From assembly GCA_015680685.1 (NCBI GenBank), contig MNCI01002273.1, positions 43,018 to 107,017 on the forward strand: DNA of 64,000 bases, written 5' to 3'. Positions 1-13,499 of the stretch are shown here, in pieces (position 1 is the stretch's first letter; each line of letters starts with the position of its first letter). Both the position numbers and the translations under genes were made by a program. Source of the stretch: Gnetum montanum (lineage: Eukaryota > Plantae > Gnetophyta). The notes under the pieces are model-generated. The model was not told the DNA's origin and searched no databases. It saw only the letters and a list, made by a program, of their open reading frames with translations.

Positions 1-2893
1 TCTTCCTCTAGTAAGCGAAGAAAAGGAGCTTGCTCACGTTAATTCAGAACAAGCTGGTGCAAAATGGGTGCTACACTACGCCATGTCACCTAACACTGCA
101 TAACACAATGAAATGAACATTATACAAAAAAAAGAGAGAAAAAATGCTTACCAATGGGGGGTTGCATTTGCCACAGCTTGAGCCATAGTCTCCACCCCTC
201 CTCATCATGAGACCTTTCCCTGGCTAGGGGAGATCTCTTCCTTTGTAGTTCCTTGGGCACAGTTTCAGCTAAGAGATTTTCACCCTATATCATGCTTCCG
301 ATTATAATATGGGGTGTCTCCCCCACACTATCCTCACCTTGGGTGCTATGAGCTGCGAGACCTTTAGTCGTTACAGATAACGACTCTTCGACCATCTCTG
401 GAGGGTCTTGGGCCCACATAGTTTGAAGGACCTACTGAATCCATGGCTTGGGAATCTAGTCGTGGTCTAACATGGACCAGACTCCATCCTCCTGGACCAC
501 CAGGAACTCCACAAAGTGCTTTAAAAAGCCTATGTAGAAAGCATAATGAATGTTAGAGCACGACTTCGTCTGATCACGAAGCCCCAAAACCTTGGCCTGC
601 AAACCATTACACAGGAATTTGGCCTAGTTGTAATGGGCCCCTTCTTCCATGATTTCCCGCATCACCTAGGCCTGATCAAGCCCCAAGACCTTCCCTTGGG
701 TGATCAGTTGAGGGAATGCGTGGGAATGAAAGATTGGGTATATCCCCAAGGTAGGGCCATCCTTAAGCTTGTCCATAGGGAATCCTTTTCACTCCTTGGG
801 GAGCCTCAGCCACTCCTAAATATGATGCTTTTGCAAAGTCAACTCCTATTTGTCCTTCGACACTACGGGGGCACCATCGGCAATAACACCAAACAAATCC
901 GTAGAAAGCTGGTCATCAATGTCAAAAATTACCAACACGTCCTGCACATACGTGTGGAAATGACCCACCTTCCTAGAGAAGGAGTTGACCAAAGAGAGCA
1001 TCTCGATAGCAGAAATACCCGGGTTTGGAGCCATGAATAGATCCATAAGCCTCATCCTTCATATTTTCATGAGCAAAGAGTCTAGAGCCCCTTGTTCCAA
1101 CCAGCTCTGGCTCATCCCTACTTCCCCATATTTGAAGTAGATGTTCTCCCTCTGCCTCTTGGCAGTTACCACTATCACCTCACGAGGCTTCTTCACCCCT
1201 ACAAGAAATTTTTACAAAAAACACACTTAGCCTAAAACAAAAAAATAAAATAAAAAAATCTTGCGCATGTGATCCTGGCCTTTTGACTCACTAGGTTTGT
1301 ACGTTTATGGGAATAGCAAGAGTTCAACTACCAGAATGGTTTCAAGCGTGACCTGTTTGAAAGGTTCTCTCCACTCCTTGTCTAGCCAACCTGTCATCCT
1401 AAATTGATTATAGAAAGTGGCGAGCGCATGTGGGTAAGTGTGGTATTCTCCCCCACACTAACCAACTACGCCCATCCACAAGCTTTGAGTAGAAGCAAAC
1501 TTCTGTAGGGCTAGTTGTGTTGTAGCCAGCATACCCGGCTAAATGTGGATCCCATCATCATCAACATAGAACCTAGCAACAAGTATGCACTATTAGCAAT
1601 CGATCAAGGATAGCCGGCGTTGCACAACAAAACAAAGCAAAGATGCAAAGCTTACCCGCCAGCATAATAGATGGTCCCCTGTGGGTTCTAAAAGTACGTT
1701 GCCATGTGACGTGCGAGGTATAACATGTTGTAAAAGTGATAGCATTGGTATTCTGGCATGTCCCAAATCTAGGCCAAATGCCTCAACCCTGTTGAGTATT
1801 GGCTAGACTCTCCTTCCTACCTGACGGTGGCCATCTTGTCGAAAAAGTATCCCAGGATGCCCCGATTAGCCCTTGGCAACATGGCCTCTATTATGCCGAA
1901 TGCCTACTTCTTGTCTAAGAAAGACCTAACAACCACACTAAAATGGTTCAGAAGGAATTGTAGAAAGTCTTGTGCCCTTGCCTCGAACCAGACCGCTCGA
2001 TCTCCCATGCGCAGTGGAGAAGGAGGAGCATTGGATATAGGTCTGCTCATGTGTTACAAGACACCCCCGAGATCCAAAACGATTAGCCTAGATCTTGGCC
2101 TTGCCCTACAAAATTCCATCAACAAAGGTTGGCATCACACTTAAATGGAATACACGTGTAACATAATCACTTCCAGCAATCCATTAATCTAGCATAGCAT
2201 AACCTTATACACATACATAGCGTAGCAAAGAAATGAGAGCCTGACATAGCGAAGACATGTGAACAGCTTAGCGTAACTGCAAAATGATTGGCGACATGCC
2301 CAAACAAAATACGTGTCGCAATGCCGCATCGCACATAGCCAAACCCTCCTAAAGGTTCTTATGTTACGACATGCTAGGGTCAAACAACTTAAGCTGCCCT
2401 AATGTCACTAGCATGATGACTGCAGCAATGGAAACCTGAATGGCCTTACAATGAAACCTTTGCACACCGGCCACGACCGAAAAGGAGGCCACAATGATGG
2501 AAAGGCTAAAATAAGGCAGCTACAGAAAATACAAATAGCAGAACAAATAGGATGAAAAAAAACCAGAGCGGAAAATAACAAGAGAAGCATAAAACAAAAA
2601 AAAAGGGGAGCAAAGATTGTATGAAAACTTACTGGGTCAATGACGTGCTCTCTCACACTGGGACATGTGCTTGTGGCATGCGTTTCAGAGCCTTTTTCGC
2701 CTCTCTGACCTTCACAAGAACCAGATGAGTCTTAGGAGCCATGGCCCTCCTTGTAGATTTACAACCTTCTTTATGAAAATTCGTCTCACTAGTCAACTGC
2801 TTCGTGCTCTGAAATTGCCATATGCTCTAATGAGGGTCCTGCGCTCTTGTAGTGGAAATAGCAGAATTACCTGGATTTAACCCCTGTTTATAG
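1..2893 (-). pseudogene. Antisense spliced accessory gene of element A (FCP1/NIF-like domain + plant-transposon PF20167-like domain), degenerate; runs off the left edge
   Basis: Minus-strand TATAAA ~2887-2892 and donor at 2632. GT-AG-bounded exons: 2105-1656 (RLIVLDLGGVL*H...VWFEARAQDFLQFLLNHFSVVVRS...IWDMPEYQCYHFYNMLYL...NPQGTIY), 1572-~1292, 1198-152 (RLMDLFMAPNP...YN*AKFL...YAFLHRLFKALCGVP) and 95-<1. Collinear with the copy at 37195-42144. Confidence 0.8.
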
Positions 2894-3544
2894 CCACAAA
2901 GGCAAGGAGAGGAAACTTACCCCTTTCTCTCTCTGATTAATGCAGAGCATATCGAGCAGTGTAGCATGCTCGCCATGACATCACAACACTATTAGCATTT
3001 AAACCTTGACATGTTTCAAACCAACTACTTCCCAAGGATGAAGAGAAAATATATAATAATACTTGTTTTCAAGTTTCAATTAAAGGTTCAAAAAGACCTT
3101 AAACTAATGGGTCAAGTATAGTTGCGCCCTTCAAGGTCCAAAAAGGCCTCAAAATAGCAGTTTCGACCCATTACGTTCGTAGTCTGCAATGATGTTAACC
3201 TAACCATATCCTCACATCAGCAGTCACCTCGACCTCTTCCATAGGGGTAGTAGCACGTTTTCTAATAGTTTCATGATTCCACCTCTCAGATTGGTAATTC
3301 AATACTCCTTGTACTCGCAATTTTCTTTATCATTGTTTTGCATATCAAGATTTCACACGATTACAATATGGCAGTATGAGATGACACTAAACTAGCAGTT
3401 TGGCACTTGCGTTCCGACCGATACATGTTCCATTAACAATCCTACATTCTTGCATCTTGATAGTTCACCGCGATCCCAAAATAGCAAGCTCTCAATCTTC
3501 ATGTTGCCTCACTTAGCAAGTTGCATCTCGATGTTGCTTTGTAG

Positions 3545-6500
3545 ATTTGTGTTTCCCCCAATCTCTAATGATCCTTACCCAGGCTTTCGTCTTGTGATGA
3601 CAGGTTAAGCAAGATATGGGACTCCATCGCACCCTTTTTATGCCTTTAATATTAGCAGGGCCACAAGGCAAGTTCGCGAGGTAGTTGAACCCCGACATCA
3701 TCAACTGGGGGTTGACTACAATTGACACTGTAGCTGCCTTGGAGATATTCCCAAATTGGCCTAGACACCTAGTCCAAGCCTTAGATTTAGAGGCCAGGGA
3801 TGTAACCGAAGATCCTCTTGTAGAAATACCTGTGACCACATCAAAGGGAGAGGTAAAGACATTAAGACTCAGCTCCCTCCTAGACACACAAACACATGAA
3901 GGCGTAGTTAAAGGTTTGCAGGATCACATCGATGTCTTCGCATGGTTGTATAGTGACATGCTAGGTTTGGATCCATGGTTGATTCAGCATAATATTGTCC
4001 TAGGCCCACACATAAAGGTAGTCCAACAAAAAGCTCATAAAATTAAGCCAAAGATCGCACTAGCCATGAAGGATGAAATCACTAAGTTATACCAAGCAGG
4101 TTTCATCCACGCAGTCAACTATTTAGAGTGGGTATCCAACATCGTTGTGGTTTCAAAGAAAATAGGAGGAATATGAATATGTATAGACTTCCAAGATTTG
4201 AATAAGGCAATGATCAAAGATAATTTCCCACTCTTGAGCATCAATCAGCTCATCGACACTAGGGCTGATCATGCTCTGTTATCCTTCATGGATGGTTTCT
4301 CCGGATACAACCAAATCCACATCAACCTAGAGCACTAGCTGTCAAAAATCTTCATGACTCCATGGGGAACCTTTTGCTATACCATGATGCCTTTTGGGCT
4401 CAAGAACGCTGGAGCAAACTACCAGTGAGCCATGACTTACATCTTCAGTGATTACATCCTAGAAGCTTTAAACGACTACGTAGACGATATAGCAGTTAAA
4501 TCCAACGCAGCAACTGACCACCCTCGTGATTTAGGGTAGTCCTCAAATGTTGCCGAGTGCATGATCTATGCCTCAACCTAAAGAAGTGCATCTATGGGGT
4601 AAGAACTGGACACATGCTAGGGTTCGTAGTATTAGAAGTAGGAATGTAGGTGGACCCTGACAAAGTCAAGGCCATCGTTAACCTAGCGTGCCCCAAAAAT
4701 CTTAAAGATTTATGCAGTTTACAAGGAAGAGTGCAATTCATCCATAGGTTTATAGCAAGATTGATCAATAAGTTACATCCCATGCAACATCTTTTAAAAA
4801 AGGGGGTTAACTTCGAATGGACGACTTAATGTCAACAAGCCTTCAACAACCTGAAGGAAGAGCTCTCATGTCTCCCAACTATGCATTCACCACACGATGA
4901 TAAACCATTTTTCATCTTCCTTGCCACCTCCAATATGTCTATCACTGCACTATTGTGTCAAAAATGGGATGATAGCTCTAAGATACTAGTATACTATTTG
5001 AGTCAAACACTAGTAGCACATGAGACAAGGTACAACGAAGTAGAAAGGAATTGCCTAGCCCTAGTATTCGCATTGAAAAAGTGGCGACACTATATGTTCT
5101 GTAGCACAACTAATATCATTTGCAAAAGCAACGTACTCTGGGTTATGACCAACAACTTGTATGAAAGTAGCAGGATAGCTTGATGGAAAGCAATAACCAC
5201 AGAATTTGATCTACGCTACATGAGTCAATCATCGACGAAGGGTCAAGCGATAGCAACACAACTCACAACTTTGTCGATCGATGATTAGGTGACCATAGAC
5301 CCCGAATTCCCAGACGAATACATTAGCAATGTCCACATTGTCCTGTCACATCTTGAGGATGTACTACATTTCGACGGTGCATCCATTGTGTGAGGAAGTA
5401 GCGCCACTGCCATAATCAGGCTCTCCTCGGGGGAAATGCATCCATTTGCTTACCAACTTGCGTTCCCCTATACCAACAACATGGCAGAGTACAAGGGGCT
5501 GCTCAAAGGCCTCTTAATTTACCAAAAGTTACACATACAATACTTGGCCATTTGGGGAGATTCCCAATTAGTGGTGAATCAGGTCACTGAGGTCTAAGCC
5601 TGCAAGGCTATGCACCTACAACCTTACTGCGATCTAGCGAAAATCTTACTGAAGCGATTCGCAACCATAGACGTGCAACATGTGCCATGCAAAGAAAATG
5701 CCATAGAAGATGCCCTGGCTACCCTCACGTTAAACATCCCATCCCATTCCCTGGAAAACATGCCAACCTTGATTATAGAATGTATAGAACCTATCACTCA
5801 AGAAAAACACGTGGCATCTATCAGTGCCACAGATACCCAGGAGTGGTACATCAATATCAAGGCTTATCTATAGCATGGAGAGCCCCCAGAAAGGTTGACA
5901 TCCACTCAAAAGGATGCAAATCACAAATGTGCCCGACAGTATGTACTCATGGAAAATGACGCCCTCTGCCGATGTTCCTACGTTGGGGTATTGTTGGTGT
6001 GCTTGGGTGGCGAGCAAATGTAGAAAGTAGTTAATGAGGTACATGAGGGACTGTGTGGTAGACACATAGTGCCCAGGGCTATGGCTGCTAAAATCAGATG
6101 CTTAGGATACTACTAGCATCACATGGAATGTGACTGCTTGTCAAAAGTCAAAACATGTGACATGTGCCAAAGATATGCAAATCTCATACAGATAGCACCT
6201 ACTGAGCTACATCCTACGTAAATCACGTGGCCCTTCCAATGATGGGTATTAGACCTCATAGGGCCTATCACACCTAAATCCTCCGTAGGGCATAGCTTCA
6301 TTATCACTGCCACAGAGTACTTTACCAAGTGGGTGGAAGCTATTCCCCTAAGGACAACGACATCTCAGCAAATATGCCATTTCATCCTTGATAACATAGT
6401 AACTAGGTTTGGGCTTCCGATGATTATTGTAACCGACAATGGTCCATAATTTAGCAATGCGGAGACTTGAACCTTCTGTAGTAATTTAGGCATTAAACAA

Positions 6501-7085
6501 TCATTTTCTTCCCCTTATTATCTACAGGCGAATGGGTAGGCAGAGGCTACAAATAAGTCCATCATCAACTTGCTGAAGTGGATTCTTAACAATAGCAAGA
6601 GGCGGTGGCACGAGCAAATACTCTACGTCCTGTGGGCTTACAGGACGATGTGCAGAACTGCAACAAGTAAGATCCCTTATAGTCTTATTTATGGATATGA
6701 AGCTATGCTGCCTCTTGAGTCGTAGGTACCATCGCTTTGGATGATCCTCGCAGACGTCATGATTGAAGGCTAGAACAACGGATTGCGCATCATCCACCTC
6801 GATTTAGTGGAGGAGGAGTGCACGCAGATGTTGAAACGCATTGAGCACTACCAAAGTAAGCAATGACAGAAGCACTATGTAGACCTACACTGGCGACCAG
6901 TGCAGAAGGGAGACCTCGTCCTCAAGGCTACACGTGAACACGTGAGAAAATTCTTAGGGAACTAGGAAGGCCCTTACGTAGTTACCAAAGCCTTCGGGAA
7001 TGGAGCCTTCAAGCTAGAAGACATGAACGACAACGAGCTCGCCATCTTGGTGAACCACTCGTACCTTAAGCTATACTACATTTGA
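3545..7085 (+). pseudogene. pol: pol of element A: RT - RNase H - archaeal-type RNase H - integrase, with many stops and frameshifts
   Basis: RT: DVFAWLY, WVSNIVVV, FMDGFSGYNQI, MPFGLKNAGA, YVDD (~4477). RH: YYLSQTL...LALVFALKKWRHY. aRH: LHFDGAS, TNNMAEY, GDSQLVVNQV (5360-5750). INT: HHCC zinc finger (~6040-6170), LDLIGPI, TDNG, SSPYYLQANG, GPY. Stop at 7083-7085. The 5' boundary is approximate. Confidence 0.95.
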
Positions 7086-7099
7086 AGCACTATAGCAAC

Positions 7100-7300
7100 A
7101 GTACCGAGCACTGTCTGCTACGACGTTAAGCTGGTGTTGACATCGAGCACCATCTGCAATGACGATAAACTAGCAGCACTGAGCAGTGTTCGCTACAATG
7201 ATAAAATGGCATGTACAGTCCGTTGGGACATTAAACCAGCATAGCGGTCTACTGAGACCTTAAACCAGCACACTGTCTACCAAGATCTTAAACTGGGTTT
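7100..7300 (+). repeat. Post-integrase degenerate tandem repeats (~30 bp, core GAC(G/C)(A/T)TAAAC(T/C)AGCA)
   Basis: About 6 imperfect copies, e.g. gacgataaactagca, gacattaaaccagca, gaccttaaaccagca. A homologous array lies on the minus strand at 28560-28830. Confidence 0.7.
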
Positions 7301-8312
7301 GCAACATACCTCCAGCACACACTAGCACTAGCCACACATCGGGCAAGTAGACATGATGCTAATGCCTGGGTGGGTCACCATAGCTCTGGAACGTAGTTCA
7401 TGATGCACTAAGAACCCAATCTGAAACATGCATAATGTCGCCACCCTAGGCATCATGTTGACTCTTTGAAGATGCCGCATGACATCATATTGGCTCTTCA
7501 AAACTCCCGTTGCCATGATCCAGTGTCTCAACAGTGGTTCTGGAGTAGTTCTCGCATCTGGAGTGATGGCAGTATTGTGGCCTAGCTACAATACTATTGC
7601 TCCTTCATCCTACCAATGCCTGGGTTTGCAAAATTGTTAGCTGTGTGGTGACTGCTCCCACTGTTGAACCAGGAATGCAAACCACTGGCAGTTAATCCAG
7701 AGCATCTGCACCCACAAACAACTCCTGACACCTTAAGGACCAGCTCCACCACGTTGATGCTGCCAAGGTTACTGTTGGCCTTCCTACTTTGGACACCTTG
7801 CACCAGTTTAGGTGTCTAAGATTAACATCAATGGCAGTAGCTAGCAAAACCTTTGCCCTCACAAGCATGTTTTGCCATAGCAGCAAATGCTACCGTGTCA
7901 TGAAGTGAGTGCCTCGAGTAGCCTAGCCACTACAGAGTGAAAACTCCCAAGGTGCACGTAACACAGATCGCTGCATGGAACACCTTCATAGATAGGTCAA
8001 AACCCTTCACGTATGTAATGCACCTCATCCCATGAGGAAAAAACCTATCCTACAAGAGGTTGAAGAATAGCACCAACTAAAGATGGAAATGCAGATGAGT
8101 TCCTTAGAGTACTTCAATGAGGGACTCTGCTAAAAATGATCTTCGCTCTCTACCTTAACCTCTACACAATCAATGCAACACTCTGAAGTGTGGTCAAGCA
8201 ACGTTTGACGCTCACCAAACGATAGCCTTAGCAGTTCGCTTGCAGTGGTGTTTCGTATTCTTTGCCGATGTCCATCGAGCACATTCCCCAGACATCGACA
8301 AAGAGGGGCCAA

Positions 8313-10032
8313 TGAAACACCTCAAAAAATACGAGGTCATCCTGGCTTCACCAGGCCTTGCAATCTGCGCAACACCATGGCCGTTCTTTAGGAGGAGAAC
8401 GCTTTGAGTTTGGGCTGACCAGTTCGGCAAATTTTCTACTTTAGGTGTCAACAGGTTCTAAGGGTTACCCCACCTGGTCACCTAAGCAGCCTGCTTGGTC
8501 GACAGTCTACTCAAAAACAACGCTGAGTTGGCAGCAACACTCTGGGTGCACGAAAAACAGTTCGGTAAGTTTTCTAAGTTGTGAAGTTGGCTATGCTACA
8601 CTATGTTGTGTAGCGTAGCATGCTTTAGGAAACAATTGCAGAACGTAACATGACATCAGATGTAAGATAGCCTCCTTGCCCAGTTTCCAATCCTACGACG
8701 ATGTCCCTTTCTGTTAGGAAGTGATGGACTATGTCTGCTACTACGCTATGCTGAGCTACAAGGCATAGCAAGGTGTAGCAATCCTATAGAAGAGATAGAA
8801 AGCAACTCGAAGGGAAAGAATGGCAAAGGACGCAAGCCTTACACCACAGAAAACAAAGTCTAGCAAATTGATAGAGTTTTCGCGGCTAAGGACAGTTGCT
8901 ACACTACGCTATGTTACGTAGTGTAGCATAGCATAGCAAAAATGCAATACAGGCATTGACGCCATGCCATGCAAAACATGCTACGTTGCAATGAATAGCA
9001 AGGTATGAAGGTGGTTGCATGACATCAAGACATCTCACTGAACCGCTGGCATGCATCCCTAAGTACTTATAGCGCAACAACAGCATGGCAGGTCCATAGT
9101 TGCAACGCTCACAACGATCATGAGCATAATGGTTATGTTGGCATGTGTGGCACGAGCAAGTTAGCGGAAATCCAGAGCATGTGGTGTCTAGACTATCCCT
9201 CCTGCATGCCCTCAGTCCTATAAATACCCTGACGGACAACATTCAAAGGACTTTTACTTTTACTTTGGACTTTTCGGACTTCTGGAGTTTGGCTCTCTCT
9301 CGAACTAAGATCTTCTTTTCAGACCTTGAAAGAGGTCCTTTGTTCCCTGTGGGCCTTCTCTTTCTCTAGTTCTAATTTTCTCTTCGATTCTAGTTCGGCT
9401 ATTCTCGAAATATTTGGCCTCCTAGAAACCTTTCGGGCTGGCGCTCTCTCTAATCTAGTGGCACGTATTGTAAAGTTCTATTGAGCATTGCAAATAGCAT
9501 CTATTCCTGGTTGGCTTTCCATTTTTTCCTCACCTTTTCTTCTACCACCTTAGTAGAATCTTGCAGTATGAGTCCCGAAGTCTACACCTAAGTACCCAAG
9601 CTATTTGCTTAACACATTTGGGTTGCTCCCAAGGCCTCTGCAATACGTCACGTTGTGCAACCGGTTGTGCCGATTTCGAGCAAGAAAAATTTGTAGCTTC
9701 AAAGTGGTGCATTCCCTTAACTATGCTTTATTTTTTTTCATAGTATTATTGCATGCTGCATTATTTTCCATTTTTCCTAGTTTCAAACATCATTTTGTTG
9801 TTGTTTATCTGTTCCTCGGTTCATCATTTTGCATTTTGTTCCTATTTTAATACATCCGTTGCAAAAAGCTATATAGACATTGACGTAAGTCCTTCTTTGA
9901 TCAACCAGACCATTCAGGGTGTCCTATATCCGTGCGCATTCCCAACACGGCCCTCCCATGGGTATGGGGTCAAGACTATCATGTCCGCTAATCTCTTGGT
10001 GTTTCCAGCCATCGATGTTTTCGGTCGCAACA
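8313..10032 (+). repeat. 3' LTR of element A (~1.72 kb)
   Basis: TG...CA ends, preceded by a PPT; TATAAATA at ~9219. The U5 end is homologous to the LTR ending at 22866. Confidence 0.85.
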
Positions 10033-10518
10033 AAAAAGTTTGTAGATTCATACTAGATAATAGAGTAATTGGTTTTGGCATATCATTAATCATAATTATA
10101 GATAAAGGACCATAGTTTAGTAGCCAATAAACACAAGCCTTTTGTCAAGAACTAAGCATTAAGCATTCCTCTTCTTCACCATACTATCCTCAAGCCAATG
10201 GAAAAGTTGTAGCTAGCAACTAGGTTATCATCAACTTTCTCAAAAATATGTTGAACAAAAATAGACACAAGTGGCATGGGTGGCTTATCCATGCACTTTG
10301 GTCCTATAGGACTATCTTTTGAACTACAAGTATCTTCACCATGTATAGCGTTATTTATAGATCTAAAGTTGTTTTGCCTCTTGAATTATAGGTTTCGTTG
10401 CCAAGAGTGGATCTATTTGACTTCATCAACAATGAAAAAAACAAGAAGTTGCATACCATTGATCTTGATTTAGTGAAAGAGCATCAAATTCAAATGCTTG
10501 CTTACATTGAAAGATACT
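10033..10518 (+). pseudogene. Integrase core fragment of element F (left part)
   Basis: CRFILDN, SSSPYYPQANGKV, W..L..ALWSYRT, ending QMLAYIERY at the E insertion; continues at 46565. Confidence 0.9.
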
Positions 10519-11735
10519 TGTAACACCTAAAACATTTGGTTGCTAAAACACTAAAAATCCCAGGTGAAGTAGTTTAACTTTGAATCCAAAGGACCTTTGA
10601 GAAGAGGCATCGAAATACCCTGGATGGTCTTTTTGATCATCCAGGGACTTTAAAATTGTAAAATAGTGTAAAATAATTGAATAAAAATTGCATATCTAAC
10701 CAAGAGAAGCACGAAAAAAGAATTATACAAAACATGAACTACAAATTTTATTGAAAATAAAAGTAGTTGCAAATATAAAATGTTCAAATGAGTACAATTT
10801 TTTTATGCTTAAAATGCAAAAAGAGTTGTGTGAGAAGTGGTTGTAGTCCTAGTGAAACTAGCAAAATGCTTCTTGCAATAAGCTCCATGATCTAGGCACT
10901 TCAATGTTCCACTATCAAAACTCTTTGTTAGTTCTTAGGTAGGATCTACTGCATTGGTTGAAAAATAAGTAAGATAATTGTTTGATTTTTTGGTGTGGAA
11001 AAATTGCTTTGAGAGTCTCCAATGCTTAGCCAATTACTATTTTACAAAAAAATTCCTTTCAAATTGTTAGAATTTTTGTTTAAATAGGTTGTTGGTGTTT
11101 AATGTTTTGATGAAAGTTTCTTTTCATGATTGCTGACAAATTGAAATCATGTGCAAGTGTGGTAGGCTTTCAACTCTAGCATAGTTTTTATTTATGATAA
11201 GTTTTGATATCCCAAAGGCACCAAAACCATGATTGTTACCATCAATAGTAATATGACCTTTCCAAATATGCTAGCTTCTTTTACCAATGTTGGCCTTGTG
11301 GAAGAAACACTAGAGTTGTTAGAAAAATAAAAATCCCAACCATTGCTATGTTGGCTTTATAGGACCATGTTGAGAGTTGTGGCAACTACGCTAGCCATTA
11401 TTGGGAAAATGAAAATTAAACACCATCAATGGTAGGGGTAGGTGGTTACAACATAGTTGAGGCTATACCTCAACAAGAACCCATGAAAATGCCAATTTTG
11501 ATAGTATAAAAGATATTTCTAACCTTATCAAGCCAAAATATAGGCATGGTATGACTTTTTCACTTGGGGAGTAAGGCTATGATAACTTATGAGGCATTTT
11601 TTCAGTTCCAAAAGTTAAGGTATGTGAAATTATATCCCATGGATTACAATCTTTACATTTTACAATAAAATTCCAACCTCAGGTTTGATGGTAAAGGTTA
11701 CAATTTGCAACATGAGATTTCTTGGTGGTGTTTCA
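10519..11735 (-). repeat. 3' LTR of element E
   Basis: TGTAACACC...GGTGTTTCA; collinear with 45336-46564 and, inverted, with 47948-49045. Confidence 0.9.
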
Positions 11736-12849
11736 TTGGCCCCTCTTTATTGATGTTTGGATGATTGACCTAAGAGACATCAACAAAGAATACAAAACAT
11801 CACTGCATCTCCATTACCAACATTTCCTCTCCATTCTTAATTTAGTAGCATTGAACCATGCCAAAGAGTGCTTGTGATGATGAGAAAGGTTACAATGAGT
11901 TAATATAGGTTGAATGCTTTATTTGATCATGATAAAATCATCACAAGGTTAACAATGAGTTTCAAACATTGACATCATGGTCATGGTGATGGCACTAACA
12001 TGTTTGCTAATCGATGTGGCCTTTGTGCACTATACTTAAAAGTGTTGGTTATTTGGCAATGTTGTTGAGGAGCAAACACTTTGCCCCAAGTCATTTTTGG
12101 TTGTGAGGCTCCTCCCTTTACATGTTTGAAGCCATTTATTTGTCTTTTTGGTCTTCACTAGCCTTTAGACTTCTTGGCAATTTTCTTTTCCATTTCTTCT
12201 TCTTCTTTTTTGCTAGGGGAAACCTTCAGTGGGTTTCATTACCAAGGCCAGGTTTGACTTGGTTTTTCCATTGAATGAGATGTGTTACATCCAATGGACT
12301 TGATGGTGAAGCATAATGAAGGAGATGTCAAATGGTCATAATGCATGAGTGTCCAACATAGGTCAACATTGTTATTCAGTATAAGGAAGGTTATAATTAG
12401 GCTACAAGATAGTGGCTCAAGGATGAGAATGGGAGTAATATGAAAGAAGAAATCTTGGCATGACATGATAAGCTAACCAAATATTATGCATCTTGATCAG
12501 ATGTTAACTTTATACCATCATGAGTTGCATCTTTGTGATGAATTTAGGCTTCATTCTACAAGCACAACTCTAAGAGGACAAGAAAATAAGACAAAGAAAA
12601 CATGTTGTTACAAGATAATGCATAGGGCCATATGGGACAACTAGTAGACTAGGTCACCCTAGGGCACTATTGTTACAACATAGAGATCCTTGTGATGTGC
12701 ATTGGATTCACAAAGCTTTGTAGTTCATTCTTGATGCCAGACAAGAAGAGATAGAGAGAGAGCATGTAGGCATGTTTGTTGTAGACCATCGGAGTCATCA
12801 ACATCAGTCATTCATTGCAACCTATCAACAATGGTAAGAAACACTACAA

Positions 12850-13218
12850 GGAAACATGTAGGGCTATGTAATGGCTTTAATGTTGTCTTGTAAGGGTTTG
12901 ATAATGTTTTGAGCAAGCACAAATTCTAGTGAGGAACTTGGTTCTATGTGTTTTCTTCTTACCATTTGGTCTAGATGGGAACTTTGACTAAGGGATCCTC
13001 TATGATGTTTCTAGATTCACACTCAATGAACAACAGGCTATTTCAGGGTGTTATATCTATATAGTAAAATGGTTTCAAGCTTAAGGTTTGGGTGTGTAGG
13101 GTCAACTCAGTCTAAAAACATCCCAAGAGGAACCCATTTAGGCTTTAAGGCTAGTCAAATTTGGTTCTTCATCCTCCTAGCTCAACTTGTATGAAAACAT
13201 AAGCATATAAAGTGGCAC
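12850..13218 (-). pseudogene. Truncated N-terminus of element E pol (pre-RT region)
   Basis: Translates with frameshifts to ...NIIEDPLVKVP...PLQDNIKAIT*PY, homologous to DVTEDPLVEIPV...LQDHIDVFAWLY in A. Upstream 13230-13500 resembles 19150-19440. The rest of pol is deleted. Confidence 0.7.
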
Positions 13219-13499
13219 CTATGCAATAAAATGATTAAATAATGTCAAAGTAATATAAAATACTTTAGTAATGATGCATAAATGAGTCAAAGCATACTAA
13301 ATCAAAGGTCAAACAAGGTTTTAATGTGGTCAAAAAAGGTTATATGGAATAGGTTAAAGAGAATAAGATGAAACAAAGGCTAAATGATGTGGAATGGGAT
13401 CAAATGAAGGCTAAATGATGGTTTAAGCTCCATGAAATTGTGTCAAATGATGTCAAATAAGGCCTTAGTGATCTCAAATGATGTTAAATGGTGTCCAAG

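Larger units (their letters stand above)
1..10032 (+). mobile_element. Element A: Ty3/gypsy Tat/Ogre-type LTR retrotransposon, 5' part outside the window; inserted into the integrase of element F
   Basis: Order is antisense gene, degenerate pol (3545-7085), 3' UTR, PPT ACAAAGAGGGGCCAA (~8298-8312) and LTR TGAAACACC...GCAACA (8313-10032). Integrase coding of another element (KVCRFILDN) resumes at 10033. Confidence 0.9.

Noticed and set aside
546-2144. Plus-strand ORFs 546-1040 and 1827-2144
   Set aside because: Shadow frames of the minus-strand exons; the homology between copies is on the minus strand.
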